Of a stretch of 64,000 nt of DNA, positions 62,813 to 64,000 are shown piece after piece; position 1 is the first letter of the stretch, and each line of letters starts with the position of its first letter. The stretch comes from an uncultured delta proteobacterium. Its GTDB lineage: Bacteria; Desulfobacterota; Syntrophia; Syntrophales; Smithellaceae. The translations under genes and the position numbers were made by a program. The stretch lies in contig CAWKNI010000002.1 in assembly GCA_963851005.1 (NCBI GenBank), positions 6,156-70,155 on the forward strand, written 5' to 3'. The notes below the pieces were generated by a model. That model saw nothing but the letters and a program-made list of their open reading frames with translations. It had not been told where the DNA came from and made no database searches.

Positions 62813-64000
62813 ATGACAAAAAAGCAAATGAAAGGTTATGAAGACAGCTTTGTGGTTGAAGGTAAAATGGCGCTCCCTTATACTTACTTCGCCGGCCGGG
62901 TTGGCAGCAAGTTCATCACAACCATCCGGGACCAGAAGAAAATCATGGGAGTGAAATGTCCTGCCTGCAATATCGTCTATCTGCCGCCAAGGCAGGTATG
63001 CGAAAAGGACTTTACCGACATCCGCGACAAATGGGTCGAGGTAAGTAATACCGGCAGAGTTACCAACTTCACAGTGGTGCGCTATGACGACAAGCACCTG
63101 CCAAGGAAAGCGCCCTTTGTGCTGGCCCTTATAAAATTGGACGGCGCGGATACGCCTTTTATGCATATTCTTGAGGAATGCAAAATAGAGGACGTAAAGA
63201 TAGGTATGAAAGTAGAGGCGGTTTTCGCCAAAGAAACGACGAACACCATTCTGGATATTGATCATTTTAAACCGGCGCCTGAAAGAGTTTCTGTTCACGA
63301 GATTAACGCGGCCAGGAAGCAATGGGTTCCCGAAGATGAACCCGATACTAAAGAAAAACGAAAAGGAGGCAAACCCAATATGTCAAAACCCGTTATTATC
63401 ACCGCGGCGCTTACCGGAGCTGCCACAATGAAGAATCAAAACCCGTCAGTGCCTTATACACCGGCGGAGTTCGCGGAAGAAGCATACAAGTGCTGGAAAG
63501 CTGGAGCGGCCATGGTGCATGTGCATGCCCGTGAAGAGGGAGGTATGGCCACCCATGATCACGCGAGAATCAAGGCAACCTACGATGCTATTAAGGACAA
63601 ATGTCCGGACATCATTGTCTGCCTGACCTCCGCAGTCGGCATGAACAAAACAACAGAGCAGCGGTTATCCCAGATCGTGGCGATCAAGCCCGAAGTGGCG
63701 TCGCTGAACACCAACACGATGAACTTCGGCATCGTTGACCGCAAAACAGGGAAGATATTCATCGATTATGTGTTTGAGAATACTTTCACCATGCTGCAGG
63801 ATTTCGGCAAGGCTATGGAAGAAAACAGTGTGAAGCCGGAAATCGAGTGCTACGATATGGGCGGACTCGACAACGCCATTCTGATAGGCAAGCAGGGTAT
63901 CTTCACCGACCCGATGAACTTCAATTTCGTCTGGGGAGTCGCGGGTGGACAGCAGTTCCGGGCTGAATCATTCATTGCCATGATGAACGCGCTTCCCGCG
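62813..64000 (+). CDS. DUF35 (zinc-ribbon/OB-fold) protein fused in frame to a BKACE-family (3-keto-5-aminohexanoate cleavage-like, DUF849) enzyme; 3'-partial
   Basis: Not in the ORF track. ATG 62813 follows AAGGAG. I read all 396 codons to the window end without a stop. The DUF35 part has CPACNIVYLPPRQVC...GRVTNFTVV. A ~37-aa linker follows, then MSKPVIITAALTGA...PYTPAEFAEEAYKCWKAGAAMVHVHARE (BKACE signature), starting at an internal ATG 63380 that has its own AAAGGAGG. Confidence 0.75.
   Translation, partial: MTKKQMKGYEDSFVVEGKMALPYTYFAGRVGSKFITTIRDQKKIMGVKCPACNIVYLPPRQVCEKDFTDIRDKWVEVSNTGRVTNFTVVRYDDKHLPRKAPFVLALIKLDGADTPFMHILEECKIEDVKIGMKVEAVFAKETTNTILDIDHFKPAPERVSVHEINAARKQWVPEDEPDTKEKRKGGKPNMSKPVIITAALTGAATMKNQNPSVPYTPAEFAEEAYKCWKAGAAMVHVHAREEGGMATHDHARIKATYDAIKDKCPDIIVCLTSAVGMNKTTEQRLSQIVAIKPEVASLNTNTMNFGIVDRKTGKIFIDYVFENTFTMLQDFGKAMEENSVKPEIECYDMGGLDNAILIGKQGIFTDPMNFNFVWGVAGGQQFRAESFIAMMNALPA

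Noticed and set aside
62564-63322. 252-aa minus-strand ORF listed in the track at the end of the window
   Set aside because: The opposite strand carries an uninterrupted 396-codon frame with clear DUF35 and BKACE motifs and a good RBS. The minus-strand translation has no recognisable features.

Overview
This is a chromosomal window from what looks like a strictly anaerobic, diderm bacterium. The gene content includes indolepyruvate and aldehyde ferredoxin oxidoreductases, a rubredoxin/rubrerythrin/flavodiiron oxygen-defence cluster, HdrD-like and CCG-domain Fe-S proteins, a B12-radical SAM enzyme and a FadL porin. A Desulfobacterota or syntroph-like origin is only my inference. There are about 60 protein genes and one tRNA-Asn(GTT) with an adjacent P4-type integrase. 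I saw no rRNA and no CRISPR array. Housekeeping genes (mutS, fbp, class II aldolase, nnr, HU) are interleaved with accessory patches. Three things stand out. (i) A 2817-bp IS1595-family element (33165-35981) has 23-bp terminal inverted repeats and an 8-bp target duplication. It carries a whole Dam-like methyltransferase / PD-(D/E)XK nuclease operon as cargo, and it has landed in the -10 box of one member of a three-member promoter family. (ii) In a visibly GC-richer catabolic block (54.6-64 kb), two operons share a duplicated promoter-operator-leader module. The second operon encodes a PHP protein, two non-canonical thiolase-like proteins, an SCP2-SCP2-DUF35 protein and a DUF35 protein fused in frame to a BKACE enzyme. 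That last ORF is absent from the supplied ORF track because it runs off the window. (iii) There are several families of structured intergenic repeats, and two of them bracket gene cassettes: 100-bp inverted repeats around DUF3300/DUF2950, and direct repeats with a covarying hairpin around an acyl-CoA ligase. A 52-aa rubredoxin gene is also missing from the track. All functional calls rest on motifs recognised by eye. No database search, folding program or composition calculation was run.
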